A stretch of DNA of 64,000 nt, from contig NC_043000.1 of assembly GCF_006345805.1 (NCBI RefSeq), forward strand, positions 27,032,001 to 27,096,000, written 5' to 3'. Below the pieces are notes generated by a model. The model saw nothing but the letters and a program-made list of their open reading frames with translations, had not been told where the DNA came from and did no database searches. Shown piece by piece: positions 25,248 through 40,489 of this stretch; position 1 is the first letter of the stretch, and every line of letters begins with the position of its first letter. The stretch is from Octopus sinensis (Eukaryota). A program made the position numbers and the translations under genes.

Positions 25248-25919
25248 AGAGAGAAAGAGAATGAACGGGGTTGGTCGATGTAGCTACACTGTTTTAGTTA
25301 TAAAATTGTTCATAACGCATCAATTTTGAACTATAATTCTGAAAAACTATATATTAGTACAGCGTTGTGAGGTGATATTATATGTTATTAGTGTCTGTAG
25401 GAATATTACTATCATCATATGTGATTAAATAAAAAAAGGCAATAGTATGTTATTATGGTTGGAAAATCTGAATTACTAATGAATGGTGTTTCTGAACTTG
25501 TTATTACTTACTATTGAAGTGGACTGCTATTAAATTACTGTTCGGTACTGACCTGTAATTGGTATAAATAAAGTATTATTAATACCGGAATATTATTGTT
25601 ATAAACTATATTAGTAATAGCGGACGCTTTTCGTTATAAATTGTACAGCTGAAGTAAACAGCGAAATTTGGCTTTACTGCAGAAAGGTTATTATAGTCAA
25701 ATAGAATTAATACAGAACTGGTATTTCAAGTTTGGTGTTGGATTTGCTTTGCGAGTGGCTTGATCTGATGTCATGTGATAAACTATGGTAATAGGGTATA
25801 TAAGTCATGTTACCAATTAATATATAGCCTGGTTGATACAATGATATATACATATAGATTTATATAGGAGTGTGTCTATGCTTGTGTATGTACATATACA
25901 TATATACATACATACTTAT

Positions 25920-25954
<35 letters not shown>

Positions 25955-25977
25955 GGAGCGTGAGCACGCGTTGTATA

Positions 25978-26101
<124 letters not shown>

Positions 26102-26828
26102 CTTATATACATATATATATATATAGGAGCGTGTGCACGCGTTGTATGTATAAATATATATATATATATACATATATACATGAACGTTTGCATGTATATA
26201 TATATATATGTATGTATATGCGTGTATATGTGTGTGTGTGTGTGAGTGTGTGTGTTGTAAGTGCGCGTGTGTGTGTGTGAGTGTGTGTGTTGTAAGTGCG
26301 CGTGTGTGAGTGTTTGTATTAAATACACTTTCGCTCTGTGAAACCTTTGGTCACTTTAGAATAAACAAAAGTAAATCTATCAGATTTTGTGTGAGGCTAA
26401 TTGCTTCATACGACTCTCCCATCATGTGATTGGTATTCTAATAAATTCTCATTAATATAGAAAATGATATATAATAAACATCGTACTTTTATTGAAACTT
26501 GTTAATGTTATATCTTAATACGTATATTGCACCAGTGGGCAGAATCCAATAACCTCATCGAGAGTAAAATAAATGTCAGCGATTTGACTAAGGTTAAATA
26601 TTAAAGGAAAGCCCAGTGTAGCTTCAAAACACTTTTACATTATAGTTTCTCGATGTTACAATCTCATTTGAGAATCAGATATAGAGAGTTATCATCTGTA
26701 AACCAAAACATTAAATCTTGGCTGAAGTTTTAAAATTTTCACTTGAGAAATCAGACTTTGAATGAAATATATCTAACAAATAAAAGCTTCGTATATTTGA
26801 GTCAACCAAACTGTGTGAAAGAATTATA

Positions 26829-26887
<59 letters not shown>

Positions 26888-26964
26888 GTATGTTTGTATG
26901 TATATACATATATATATATATATGTGTGTGTATGTATATACACACACACACATATGATGAGAAG

Positions 26965-27940
26965 AATAACTTTGATAACTTTCATAGGTTTCGGTCCAGG
27001 CCATGTCTAACTCAATAGCACCACCTGGTGAAGTCTTTTAGTCATATATTGGGCACCATGGCTCACTCTAGCAAAGTTATTGCTGGAGACATATCCGGGT
27101 GTAGGAGATTGGTCCGGTATTTTTTGAAGAAATTTGACCAGTGAACATTTAGATTATATGGGATCCGTTCTCGTTTTGACGTATTTCGGTATGGTATTAA
27201 AGAAAGCTTGACCGGTAATTGTGACGTAATGTTGCTATGTGTCACGAGTTCGACTTTTGTAGTGGGCGGATAGCACGGGGGCCAATGACTGGATGGATTT
27301 TAAAATTGATACCAACAGCATTTGTGCAATATCGATGGAATATTTTCTACATCACACAAACAATGTAGCATTCCCGGCAGCGTTGGAGAGAGTAGAACTT
27401 GTCTTTTTTAGTCGACCCCAATAGTCAATGTCTCTCATGCCGTCTATCTTTCTTGTTATTGACCTCTAGAATGCTTCAACTTTCATAATGAGTTGCTTCG
27501 TATTGGTGGCCACAGTGGACAACAGTATTCAAGGTGGGGTCGGGCAAAAATAGAGCAGAAAAGGATGATGATGTAGGCATCTCTAAACCGGAAAGTTCTA
27601 AGAATAGAATCCAGGAGCACATCTTGCGGGCCAAGTCAGTTTTGCTGTTTACGTGGGAAACTCAGCTTAGATTGTTATCTTCAATTACTCCAAGTTCTCT
27701 GGTCTTGTTGGATGACAGTATGGAAGCTGCCCGCGGGAAGAGCAAATCGAAATTTCGTAATTTCAGAGTTTCCTATTTTCCAAAGTGGATCAAATCAAAC
27801 TTATCTTCATTTAGAAGCATATTGTTTTTTTTTCTTTCTGCCCATTGCAAAATAGCAAACAGATCTGACTGAAGGTATGTTCTGTCTCCGATGCCGTCTA
27901 TGATGACTTTCTGGAGTTTGGGATCATCTGCAAAGATGTA
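26965..27940 (-). mobile_element. 5'-truncated, degenerate CR1/L2-group LINE (RT C-terminal half and 3' end)
   Basis: Minus-strand translation across frameshifts: FADDPKLQK...LQSDLFAILQWAE..NMLLNEDKFDLIHFGK, RELGV..DNNL, RPHLEYCCPLW, DYWGRLKK, YSLQRCRECY. A short repeated AAAGTTAT tail lies near 26965-26985. Confidence 0.8.
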
Positions 27941-28193
27941 CAATGTAGACAAGGAAAATTCTTTAACACGTATTTAATGATTAGTTAGTATTGTGTCTGT
28001 ACCATCTCTGTTTGTAATGTCAGTTTCTGCAAAAGTTCGAAGAGAAAATTTACGTAATGCTTATCGTTTTAGACATTAGGCAGGCATTTCATCTGACTTG
28101 CATATATGTATTTATTTATACATACATAGATACATATATAACACATACATACATACATATATATATATGTTTTTTTATGTATATACACACACA

Positions 28194-28275
<82 letters not shown>

Positions 28276-29035
28276 ATGTGTGTGTATGTATACACACACA
28301 TATGTATAATATATATATATATATATATCTGCGTGTGTATGTGTGCGAGTTTGTGCGTGTGTAGGCGTGTGTCTACATGAAACTGTGCGTGCGTGTATGT
28401 ATATGCTTGCATGAATATGTGAGTGTATATCTGTATATGCAATAATATATTCATTATCCAATATTCAGCATCACCAGCTATTGTATATGTACACATCCCT
28501 AACATTCACTTGGTACTATTCTAACACGCATATGCACCGACATATAAATATATATGTGTGTGCCTGTGTATGTCTGCATGCATGTATGTATGTATGTATG
28601 TATATATGTATGTATATATGTATGTATTATGTATGCGTGTATGTATGTGTGAGTATATGCATGTGTGTGTGCGTGTGTGTCTGTGTGCGTATAACGGAGC
28701 CGCGAGGCGATATGATTCTGTTGTATGGGATGTCACCTGGCTGCTATTAAGACTTTCTCAAATCATCATGCATTCTCTTCAAAGTCTCACTCCAGCTTGT
28801 ATGTGCTGATTGAAGTGACATCTGCAGTATGCAAAAAGAAGGAAGGCTTTGTTGCCAGTGCCACTGTATATATATATATATGTATGTGTATGTGTGTGTG
28901 TGTGTGTGTCTGCGTGTGTGTGTCTGTCAGTGTGTGTCAGAGTAATAATGGCAAGAGATGTGAAAGTGATGACAGGGGGAATTGTCTTCGGCACAATTAC
29001 CACTTATACCATGTCGAACGGCACATGCGTGTGTA

Positions 29036-29083
<48 letters not shown>

Positions 29084-29569
29084 ATATTATATATATATTA
29101 TATATATATATATATACAAATATATATATATATACATATATACACACATATATATATATACATATATGTATACATACATATGTATATATATAGATTTATA
29201 TACATATGCATATATACATGCACAAACACACACACACACATATATATATACACGCGCACGCGACCGCGCGCGTGTGTGTGTTTGTGTATGTATGTAGTTG
29301 ATTTCGGGTAGTATATACGTATTACCTATATGAGTTATGTTCATAATGAATACATATGTGCGTACATCTATAAATACATACAGAAACGTATACAGAAATA
29401 TATACAGTTGCGTAGGTTTACGGAAATGTGTACGGGTATACCGTAGACATATACATATACAAACACACACACAACACACACACACATATTATATCATTGC
29501 ATATATATATATGTGTATATGTTTATATATACATATGTATATATATATATTTATTTGTATATGTACATA

Positions 29570-29631
<62 letters not shown>

Positions 29632-29931
29632 ATATACATATATATATATAGCATGCATATATAATATACATGCAAATTATGTTATGTTTATATGCTTATT
29701 TATATATATATATACATACACACACACACACGAATATACACTCTGGTAGACCTTAGTACATATGTGTATGCATGTATGTATCATGTATATTTTATTGTCA
29801 TATATAAGAGACGAGAGTACTCAACGCCTATGTATTATATGTTGATATATTAATCTACGCACGCGCAGGTCTATACTCACCGAGAAAATTGCACGTACAT
29901 ATCCACTCTCATATATATATATATATATAAT

Positions 29932-29999
<68 letters not shown>

Positions 30000-30870
30000 A
30001 AGTTATCAAAATGTAATCGGAAATATTAGAAATTTCTATCACCAGTGGCCTCGTGTATATATATATTTAATCTATGGTATACCTGTTGAAGAAGGCTTCG
30101 CCTATCAACTTCTTTTATTTGTTAAAAAAAGTCTGAAGCCAATGCTCCAGGGGTTAGATGGTAAATATTTTTCATTTTTCATTCCCTTCAATTTTATCTC
30201 TAATAGTGGTTCGGAATTTTACTGTCCTCTCTAGCGTGTAGGTAGTCCTATGCTGGCTACCGCTTATGTGTTTAAATGTACACTGTATTTATAGATGTGT
30301 GTGTGTGTAAGTACATATTAATGCGCATACGTGTGTGTGTACGTACGTACGTATGTATGTATGTATGTATGTATGTATGTATGTATGTATGTATGTATGT
30401 ATGTATGTATGTATGTATGTATGTATGTATGTATATATGTATATGTACATATGGCCGCTTTTCTTTGTGTCTTGAATCATGTATAAATACGATGGTTTAT
30501 CATTAATTTGTACGGATTGCTCTAGAATTCATCCAAATCTATACAATAGCATATGGCAAGAAATATGCAATATTTTGTAGGTGCAGATGCAATTTTGTAC
30601 GGATTACTACTAAGATAAACTTTGGAGTATAACATCTAAGTTAATGCCCGCAAGTTAAAAATTATGCTATGCTAATTTTCTGCTAAAGTGCAAAAGATAT
30701 CCATATGGTGATTGTATTTGCTGGAAATAGCTGCAAAGTAACTATGAGGAATTATTCAAGTACATTGTGTCTAAATATAATTTATTTAAAATTTTGTGCG
30801 GGTTGTAGCCTCAGCGACTGGTTTTAATCATCATCACCACCACCATCACCACCACCACCACACCACCACC

Positions 30871-30919
<49 letters not shown>

Positions 30920-32479
30920 TTCCTTTTTATAGTATTAATGACGAGCTGCTGAACCGGTTTTTGGTGAAAACTTGTAGAAATGTTATAAATATCGAACAAA
31001 ATAATAGAAATTGTTTGCAACGTGGATACAAGATCAATCAATTGGGAGTAATCGATAGAATCTATTATATCGAGTATGTTAGTTGCGGGGTACTTATTTA
31101 ATCGACCGTGGATGGAATGCAGCCAAAACGGATCTCTGCTTGTAAGGAACTTAGAATTGAACAATATGTATCTGAAATTAGCCTTCATGAAGAAATCCGC
31201 TTTGCAACCACGTGACATTGGATTGAATTTCTGCGCGTGACAACTCGGTCAAAATGTCGTCTGCTTTCGGCTCTGGGCGAAAAACGTCTTGTCAGTTAAT
31301 TTGGCGAATGGAATCTCTGTGGAAGCTCGTCATCTTTATTATATGTCTATGTGTATTTGTGTCTGTGTTTGTATCCCCCACAGATTGAAAACTGCGTTGG
31401 TTTGTTTATGTCCCCGTAACGCAGCAGATACTTAATAAAAGCCGATAAAGTAAGTATCAGGCTTTTACAAATGAAGTGCTGGGGTTGATTTCTACAACTA
31501 AAACTCTTAAAGGCGGTGCCCCAGCACGGCCGCAGTCCAATGAGTGAAAGATATAAAAGAAGGTAAACAAGGAGATAATCTGTTCTTTCGTAACCGGAAA
31601 CCTTTCCGTATTTCTGTTCCTGTGGGGTTTTGTGAGAGCGTATTGTTCACAAGGAGGCCTGCTTAATTATTTTTTATGTTTTTTTTTTGTTTTTGATTTT
31701 GATTGTACTTAGCAAAATTAATATAGAACAATGCAAGGACAAAATTTTTTCTACCATAATAGTAATGATGGAAAAACATTGAAAATTTATTTTTTAACTG
31801 TCAAGAGTAACTATCAAGATTTTTAAAGATATCGAGATTAATCTTTTTTAATGATCAACAATGTAATGCTGCTTCCCTCTATCCAATAACGGAGTAATTG
31901 CTAATAAAATTTCAAGTTCACAAATCATTCTGAGAATGATTATTTGAGTAAATCGTTGGTTCAGTTTTAGTCAGTGCCGTCTGTTAATGAGTATGCGGTG
32001 AGTATCAGCCAAAATACATTCCTCAAATTCCGTTTTCTTTATTAGCATATATGGTTATGATACGCCTTCTATCACCGCTCCGTAATTTTAGTCTCTATCT
32101 AGTAGTGGTAGTGCAACTGGTAGTTGAGTGAAATCAAATTTGTTTTGGAGATTTTTTTTTTTAATGTTAAATCTAAATCATTGTGTAATGCCGCATAAAT
32201 TTTCCTTGTGACCACATTTAATAACTCTTCAGGCACACATCTTGAGTTCGTAAAAAAATACTTCTCTTTGATCAGAACAGATTGTCGCGTGAACGTGAGG
32301 TAAAAATTGAGTGGTACTAGCCACGTACATGGTACTAATACTTAATTACAGTCTGAGTACCTGTTTCGTAAATTTGCTTGTAGAATCACAGTATATTACG
32401 CTAGGGCGAATTAGCACATCGTATGCTGTATATGTGTTCATAGCATAAGGGAAAAGCAAAGTAAGAACCAGTTGTTTGG

Positions 32480-33400
32480 TAAAAATCATTGAGCTACATC
32501 TGAATAAATATATCAAATTTGGTTGTTGATAGAAAGCGCATCACACAAATGCCAGTCAGAATTCGTACGCTTTAAAAGTGCTCACAATAGATGCACATTC
32601 TAAGGATGCCGGTATAGTCGGTCTCCAAATGCAGGAATCAATGTCATATTAGGTAGTGAAGCAGATCTGTAGGTATGTCGATCACTTCCACCGCGACAGC
32701 GGAGCTGCCAAACGCCAGCTTTCCATAGAACCGATAAACGTCGGCACTACAGCATGAGTTTTGTGCAGTTAAATGTGGTTTCTTTGGGTCAGATATTTCT
32801 TATTGTTTTACTGCCCACAAGGGGCTACACACTGTGGGGACAAACAAGGATAGACAAACGAATTAAGTCGATTATATCGACCCCAGTGCGTAACTGGCAC
32901 TTATTTAATCGACCCCGAAAGGATAAAAGGCAAAGTCGACCTTGGTGGAATTTGAACTTTGAACGTAGCGGCAGACGAAATACCTATTTCTTTACTACCC
33001 ACAAGGGGCTAAACATAGAGAGGACAGACAAACGGTTTAAGTCGATTATATCGACCCTAGTGCGTAACTGGTACTTATTTAATCGACTCCTAAATGACGA
33101 AAGGCAAAGTCGACCTCGGCGGAATTTCAACTCAGAACGTACCGGCAGACGAAATACCGCTAAGTATTTCGCCCGGCGCGCTAACGTTTCTGTCAGCCGC
33201 CGCCTTCTTTGGGTCAGATATTTCTAACATCCTCAGTGTTCGTTCGTTGATGCTGCTCCAGATGCGCTTTCTCTTGAGACGGATGTAATGGCTTGCTTTC
33301 TCAGCGACTTCCGACAATTTTCCGGCAACATTTTTACTCTTCTAGTTCAAGACTCCTGAGCAGCGAGTGGACCCTGGTTCCAGTAAACCATTTAACACCT
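32480..33400 (-). mobile_element. Remnant of a restriction-like-endonuclease LINE 3' end (Hero/NeSL-like), interrupted by SINE S1
   Basis: Minus strand FTGTRVHSLLRSLEL, then KLSEVAEKASHYIRLKRKRIW. This resembles, from memory, the C-terminal GF..S...LL..LG...LSE.AE..S..LWLKR pattern of Hero/NeSL ORFs. The 3' boundary is a guess. Confidence 0.55.
32801..33204 (-). mobile_element. Dimeric SINE S1 with 21-bp target site duplication
   Basis: TTCTTTGGGTCAGATATTTCT occurs at 32780-32800 and 33205-33225. Two ~185-bp S1 units lie inside. Confidence 0.9.
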
Positions 33401-34595
33401 CTCTCTTTCTCTCTCTCTCTGCAGGAAAGCATGTTACTTCCCATTACGGTCTCCACATTATCCTGACCTGTATGCTCTTGTTTAGTTAAAGTATCATTGG
33501 GACAAAACAAGGACCTATATTAAAAAAAAGTAAAAAAAAAATTATATAGTACCTGATTGAATATATTGGTCTAAAATAACTGAGCACAGCTAAATCTCGG
33601 CTTTGGAATAGCAGTTGAATAGCAGAGAGAAGTTCCTTTGAAGACGTCAATGAATTAACATCTTATAAAGGAATTGGTGACACGGAGGATAGACTTAAGA
33701 TTTGAAGACATTTCAAAGTGCTTCATTTCCTTTGAATTTCGCTTTACAATGATACACACTATAATATTGTATTGTTTGAAGTTAGTCTTCCAAAAGTAAA
33801 GCAAATCATTGTACGAAACAAGTAGTATTTTTTTTATTCTTTTGATGATTGAGGGTGGATATAAATAATTGTGTTGATCATGATGAGGATGAACACGATA
33901 AGGATGGTGAGATGCAAGAGTAAAAGGAGGAGAGAAAGAGTAAGAGTGGGGATGGAAAAGAATGTTGCAGGCAATATCGAAACGTACTAATATTCGGTTG
34001 ATCAACAAAGCAAAGTCTTTGTTCATTCATATGGAGTTAATCTATTAGTAACGCAGTAGTAAATCGTGATAAAGCACTTTCCGGTTAACGGTTTCACATA
34101 AACACACACACATACACAAGCAAACACACACAGACACACACATAATTTTATATATTGGCATTAAATCATGAGCGTATGTGTATACGCTGGGGTGAGTGTC
34201 AGTCTGACTGTGTTCTGTTCTTGTTTCTATGCGTCTCTCGATCAGTTCTTCCTCTTAGTGCGGCGATGGTGACCGCTTAAAATGAACTCTGCAACCAGAA
34301 GGGAAATCAATAGCTAATAACGGTCGTAGTTAATTGCCCATTTCGTTCGATTACATGGATGTATTCTTTGGAATTGGTTTGAAAGATTGCTACAACTATT
34401 GAAATAGCAGTGTAGGTAAGTAACGACGAGACAGAAACGACTTTGATCTTAAATTGATTGTTAAATTAGTAACTCAATGAAACAACTATAAACATATTCT
34501 GTCATGTTTTTTTTCCAGGTAAAATTTAAAAACAACCTGACAGATACAGTTGCAAAATTACTATTTATTATCTCTATCCCCCTCCCTCCCTCCCT

Positions 34596-34645
<50 letters not shown>

Positions 34646-35289
34646 CTATCTACCCACCCCACTCTTGCTATGTATGAATGTATCTGCAGCTGTCACATCA
34701 TCTTAACTTCTTGAGCTTAAAGCGTGAGGATAGTCGTCAGCCATTTTAGATTTGAATGACAGACGTTGATTATTATTGCTGTAACGTGGGCTGCGACTGG
34801 TCGAAGATGGTCACGTGGTGTCGTAGCTTGATGTTGGTATATGGGTAACGGATAAGTGGAAAATACCGTATAGCAAACAGGAAATTGACCACGTGGAGGA
34901 CAGGAAATAGATCACATGGCATTTAGAAATCGGTCAGGTCGTTGGGTGGGAAGTGGGAAGGGGTGACATATGCAAGTACATAGTTTTATAATTGGGTGTG
35001 TAGAAGCGCTCATATAGTATTGATGCGAGTGCGCGCATCTGTATATGGGCGCGAGCGTCTGCATACGCACAAGATTGGACGAATATGCAAGTGTGCACAT
35101 GCACACATACATACGCACACGCATGCATGTACACACATACACGAGTATTCATTCATATGTACCTATGTATATTCGCATGTATGTACGCATGCATACCAGT
35201 GAGCACGCACATACGCATGCGCGTCCACATAAGCATCTGAACACGCGCATGTGCGAGTATATACGCCCAAAACAAGCGTTGGAATTTGG

Positions 35290-36540
35290 TGAACGTTGGT
35301 AATTAGTAAATATCGGTCCGGCCCAGGGGGTTGGTTGCGAGTGGTGACCTTGGTGCAGGTGGTGTAGAGAAGCAGCTGGTGCGAATGTGGTATTTCTTGT
35401 TGATGGATACTGCGGGTTGTTGGAGGATATGCAGTTTTTCGTGTGAGCAGAGCTGGCAGCCGGGGCGCCGGGTGAATATGGTGACGCTCTGTAGACATGA
35501 TGCTGGGTATTTCAACTCGAAGATCACGGAGTCTCCAGAGAAAACGAGAAAGGGAAGTAGAGTTCTCTCTGTCCCTGGATCTAAACGAGTGCACATGCTG
35601 GGAGTACCCTCCCTTGAAGTCATTAGTTGTCATACCCGCATAGTGCCTAGTAATGTCATCGGATGGTGTAAGGGTGGCTCTGTATATAACGGCCCTTGAG
35701 AAACAAGATCCTTCTAAAGTGCACATGGTGGGGTTTCGGCAGTTGCAGGTTGTGGTTGGGGTGGTATGGGTGCATTTTTGTGTCTGTTGATGCATGCAAT
35801 GTTGTGTAAGCAGGAACAGTTCACCTTGACATTATTGGGGGAGGGCTGAAGAGTTTGTAATACTGATGACCTTTGGGGAAGTGTTTCTTAATGGCAGGAA
35901 GCCTTTAGCTACGTTGGTGGAAAAGTCCATGTTAAAAGGGGCATTATACCATATAATGTCTCTTCCCCTAATCGTTTTTGCGTGAGGAGAGGATGTTTGG
36001 GGGTTGCCCACATACGCGAGCTTCTCAGTAAACCCGCGTCTAGCCAAAGCATCGTTCTTGTGGGAGGCGGCTCTGTTAAAGATGCCTCTATTAGCCGACA
36101 GGTTAGATAGTCTTTTACTAATGCCAAGAGCCAGGTTTCGAATTACAGCGGTGGGATGGTTTGAGCTCTAGCGGATGTATACTGTTTCCTCGTTAGTCTT
36201 CCTGTGCGCGTAATACTTGCCTATACTCAGGTCTAAGGTTACGCCCCAAAAATCGACCGTTATGAAGAGGCCGAACACCCTAAATATTTTTATCAAATTC
36301 TTCCTGAACCTGTCCATCTTGTGGCCATTCATATAGCTTGAGATAGCCAGGCCGTCGTCCCTATAGAGGGCCAACCTATGTGGGTGGGTACGTCTTTTGA
36401 AGTTATCCGATATGAATAACCCGACGAGGTCGGCGATTTTAATCCCCTCAAAGACTTTGAACAATGGTTCGCTTTCTCTTTTCACCAGAAGGAATCAACG
36501 TGGACTAGAATTGGCTTTCTTGTATTCATGATAATTCTGA
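35290..36540 (-). pseudogene. Degenerate Penelope-like element (RT C-terminus, CxC linker, GIY-YIG endonuclease)
   Basis: LYRDDGL (RT catalytic motif), NHP...SKRLSNLS, IIWYNAPF, CNCRNPTMCTLEGSC, VIYRATL...YAGMT..FK..Y..HVHSF, LSRFLWRLR, CQLCSHEKLHIL. Several frameshifts. Confidence 0.88.
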
Positions 36541-39137
36541 TGACAAAGTCACTAATGCTGGCGTATTACTCGGCAGAGGTTAGGGCTTTCAGATGGAGGA
36601 GTTTAGACGTAAAATATAGGTTCGAAATTTTCAGATGGAGGAGCTCCGATGTAAAATATAGGTTTCAAATTCTGGCACAATGCCAGCAGGTTTTGAGGAG
36701 TGGCTAACTGGATTAAATCGACACCAGTGATCAAGCAGTACTATAGACTCCAAAAGGATGAAAGATAAAGTTGAACCTGACGGAATTTGAACTTAGTACC
36801 TAAGATGAAGAAAACAACCCTTTTGGAAAATATCTGTATGAAAACAATGTAATTATTTTCCGTTACCTCTTTTCTCAAACTTTTATAATACAAACCATCA
36901 AAATAGCAATTTAGTTGCCCTTCAATCACATCTTTTGGTTTAAAATTTGAAAAGGTACATTTGATCGTGTCATTTTAGATACAATAAAAGACAGGATTTT
37001 TTTATCTTCTATGATTTTAATCATTTTTCTCTTTGACCAAATCGGATCTGAAGTAAGAAACAAGAGCCAGCCATATTTTGACAAACTCATAGATATCCTG
37101 GTAGTCTGTCACTAACGGACAAGCTCCATTGCCTAGCACAAATTGTCTCTTTCTTTTCTGTTGCTACTTCTGTTGTCTCTCTCTCTCGGAACTAAAAAAC
37201 CTTGTACCTCCATTACTCGGGTATTCCAACACACTTACATTTGCAATTCTCATCTGCAAAACTTTATCTTCCTGGACACTTTTGTTCATGTGTTTCCTGC
37301 AAGTGCTCAGCTGCATCAGTTGAAACGGAACATTAACGGCATCAAGTACAAAACCCTTCAAGAACATGCAAATATCGTGGGAATTGTCCCTTCCTCTAGG
37401 TTTAGCAAGTGAAAAAATATCGCAGCAGTTATAGTTTATATATGGTCCACTTACAATCTTAGATGACAAAAGTTCGTACAGAGTTCGTACACCTTTTGTG
37501 AGTGTATTCATTGTTTAATCTCTAAGTCAGTCTTGTTCTTCCACAGAAACGATAAATGCTTTTCACAAAGAATGCTTTTCACTAAAGTTAATTTCTGCTT
37601 TTAAAACGACATTTACCTTGACCAATCTATTCATTGCCTCTCCCTCTTTAAAATCGTAAGAATTTCTACAGAACAGAGGTTACCTGCATTGCTTTCGACC
37701 AAAATACTGCCAGTATGCCTGAGCCTTTACATTTTTGCGATTATATTATTCGAGAACAGAAAGACTGTTGCGTAGGTAGCTTCTGGTCGTACACATCCAT
37801 TACATAATCTTTATGATCCAACGCGAATACAATCTTTAGGGCTTAACATAGCTAGCATAGCAACATTGGACTACAACAAGAATAGGGAAATTCACTCTTC
37901 TTTCATATAATTATATTTCATCATAAGGTTGTTTTCTCCATCTATTATATTACTCATTAGTAGTAGTAGATAGTGCCTAGCAAGAGAAAAGACTAAAGCT
38001 CTGTTAAGATATAGCATTATTCTAACAGAAAGCCGATACTTTACACTTTTACATTTACAAGTGAACTATCTTCGATGTTCTCCATTCGGTCAGCTTCAAA
38101 TGATTTGGCTAAATGCCTAGAGTCAGTACTGAAAAGGAAATGTATACTTATTAGAACCGTCATATTCTTCCAGGACTCTCTCTCCCACTCTCTCTCTCTC
38201 TCCCTCTCTCTCTCTCTCACACACTGTGTTTCCATATATATACATGCATGCATACATATATATATATACCTATATACACACATACACACAATCACACACA
38301 CACATATATATATTTGCATGCATATATATGTATATATATACACATATATATATATATATGTATATATATATCTATATGTAAATCTGTGTACATATATATG
38401 TATGTATTTATATATATATATATATATACTCACATTTAAATATACACATGTATATGCATATATATATAAATACATACATATATATATATAGCTGTATATA
38501 TTTATATGTATATACATATCAATGTGTATATTCAAATATATGTATATATATAGATGTATATATACATATGTGTATATGTATATATATGTATATAAGTATA
38601 CATATTTATATATATGTATATAAGTATACATATTTATATATATGTATGTATGTATGTATATATATATATATGCGTATATGTGCGTCTATGTACATAGATT
38701 CATTAGATACTGAATTGCGTTCAACACTACTCTCTCTACGATTGGTTACATTCTACACTTCACTTTGATGTTTGGAAATGTTGGGTTGCCTGGTGCAGTT
38801 CCAGGAGACATATTACTAGGTGAATTGTTTAAACTTTTTTTGACAGAAGTCCTGATGATATATTGGCTAACGGATTTAATATTTCTGTGCTAATTGCTCT
38901 TTAAACGGTTGGAAAATATACCTCACTGAATATCACTATGCATTTTTCAGGAGACATACAACGTTAATATCTGGATAAACTTCTACTAAGGGCGGAGTTC
39001 AAATTAGATAAATATTGCTGTTGTATTCTGTATTCTGTTGTACGCTTTAAATTATTAAACCGAGGCAATTAGTGGTGCACTGAGAACGGTCAGTCGTAAT
39101 AGCTATTGCTAGTCTGCTAGTCGGTTAACCTTTCCTG

Positions 39138-39266
<129 letters not shown>

Positions 39267-39950
39267 GACGCGTGTTGTCACATCGGCTCCGAAGGTAATC
39301 GTTCATTTTGGCTATTTATAGCCCATATTTTGTGTACATTTTTGTAAATATGGTGTGTAAGGCACCCAACTTTCGTTTGAGTGCTATTCCAAGGGAGGAA
39401 TTCGCCCCTAGGGGCAATTTCAACCCTATTTACTTTGTGTAATTTTCTTCTCGACATTAAAAAATGTCGAGAAATTTTATTGTAGAACGCCGGTCGCGTT
39501 CCTTTATGGACCAACATTTTCCTTGTCTGGAAACGGTAGGAGAAAAAACGAACTTATGCACGCAAAGTGCAAACCTGAATGACGAGGTAGTGAACGTTGC
39601 AACCACTTGCGGTAACAGCCCTGTCACCACCACCACCACCACTAACAACAACAACAACGAGATTACTACTGCAAGAAAGAACAAATAAAAAACCCTTGTT
39701 GCCAACACCAACACACTCAATTATGGAACAATGCTAAGAAAAACAACAAACCAGCAAACAAACCCAAACAACACCACCAAGAAAAGAAACAGTACCAACA
39801 CAATCACTGTTGACGTCGCAACCAATTCAACATGCTGAACCAAAAGATAGACCAACACCATAACCGAGGACAACAATTAAAAAGACACCGCACAAAACAC
39901 CGCACAAAACATCAACAATTTCTCCTAACATACATATTAACGCAAATGCT

Positions 39951-40415
39951 TTGCCTTTACCCCCTTCTGATTCGTCGGACGACGAAAGTTCGACGGAATC
40001 GCAAATAGCCACAGGGGGTAAAAGGAAAAGATCAAAAAAGCTCACCAAACAAGGAAGTAAAGCAGGGAGATATTTAACTCCGGACAGCATCCCCCTAGAC
40101 AATAAAAAAATCAATGAACCCGCAAAACCACACACACAACTAACTGCAATAGACACAGACAATAAAAAATTAATGGATTACATTGCATCCAACACGGACA
40201 TCTGTGAAGATGACTTTAAGACAAATAATCATCCGCGCACCACACCACCGAAACACATAAAAATTGTACACATAACACAAACACAACACCATACACTGAA
40301 AACAATATTTCCAAATGCGGTAGGCGGGTTTCAACGATACCTCTCCAAAAAACTATACAAACACCTCATCAAAGATACTACAAAAGAAGAAGAAAAAATG
40401 AAACTTTCGAAATGA
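39951..40415 (+). pseudogene. Probable C-terminal part of LINE ORF1 (acidic/basic low-complexity)
   Basis: A 154-aa open frame ending 74 nt before the ORF2 ATG. No diagnostic motif recognised; assigned by position only. Confidence 0.4.
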
Positions 40416-40489
40416 GTAAGTGACCTTCCCTCTTGCCTCTTGTCTCTTCCAATGTAGTGTGTGAAATACAATTTTCGTAAACATCAATT

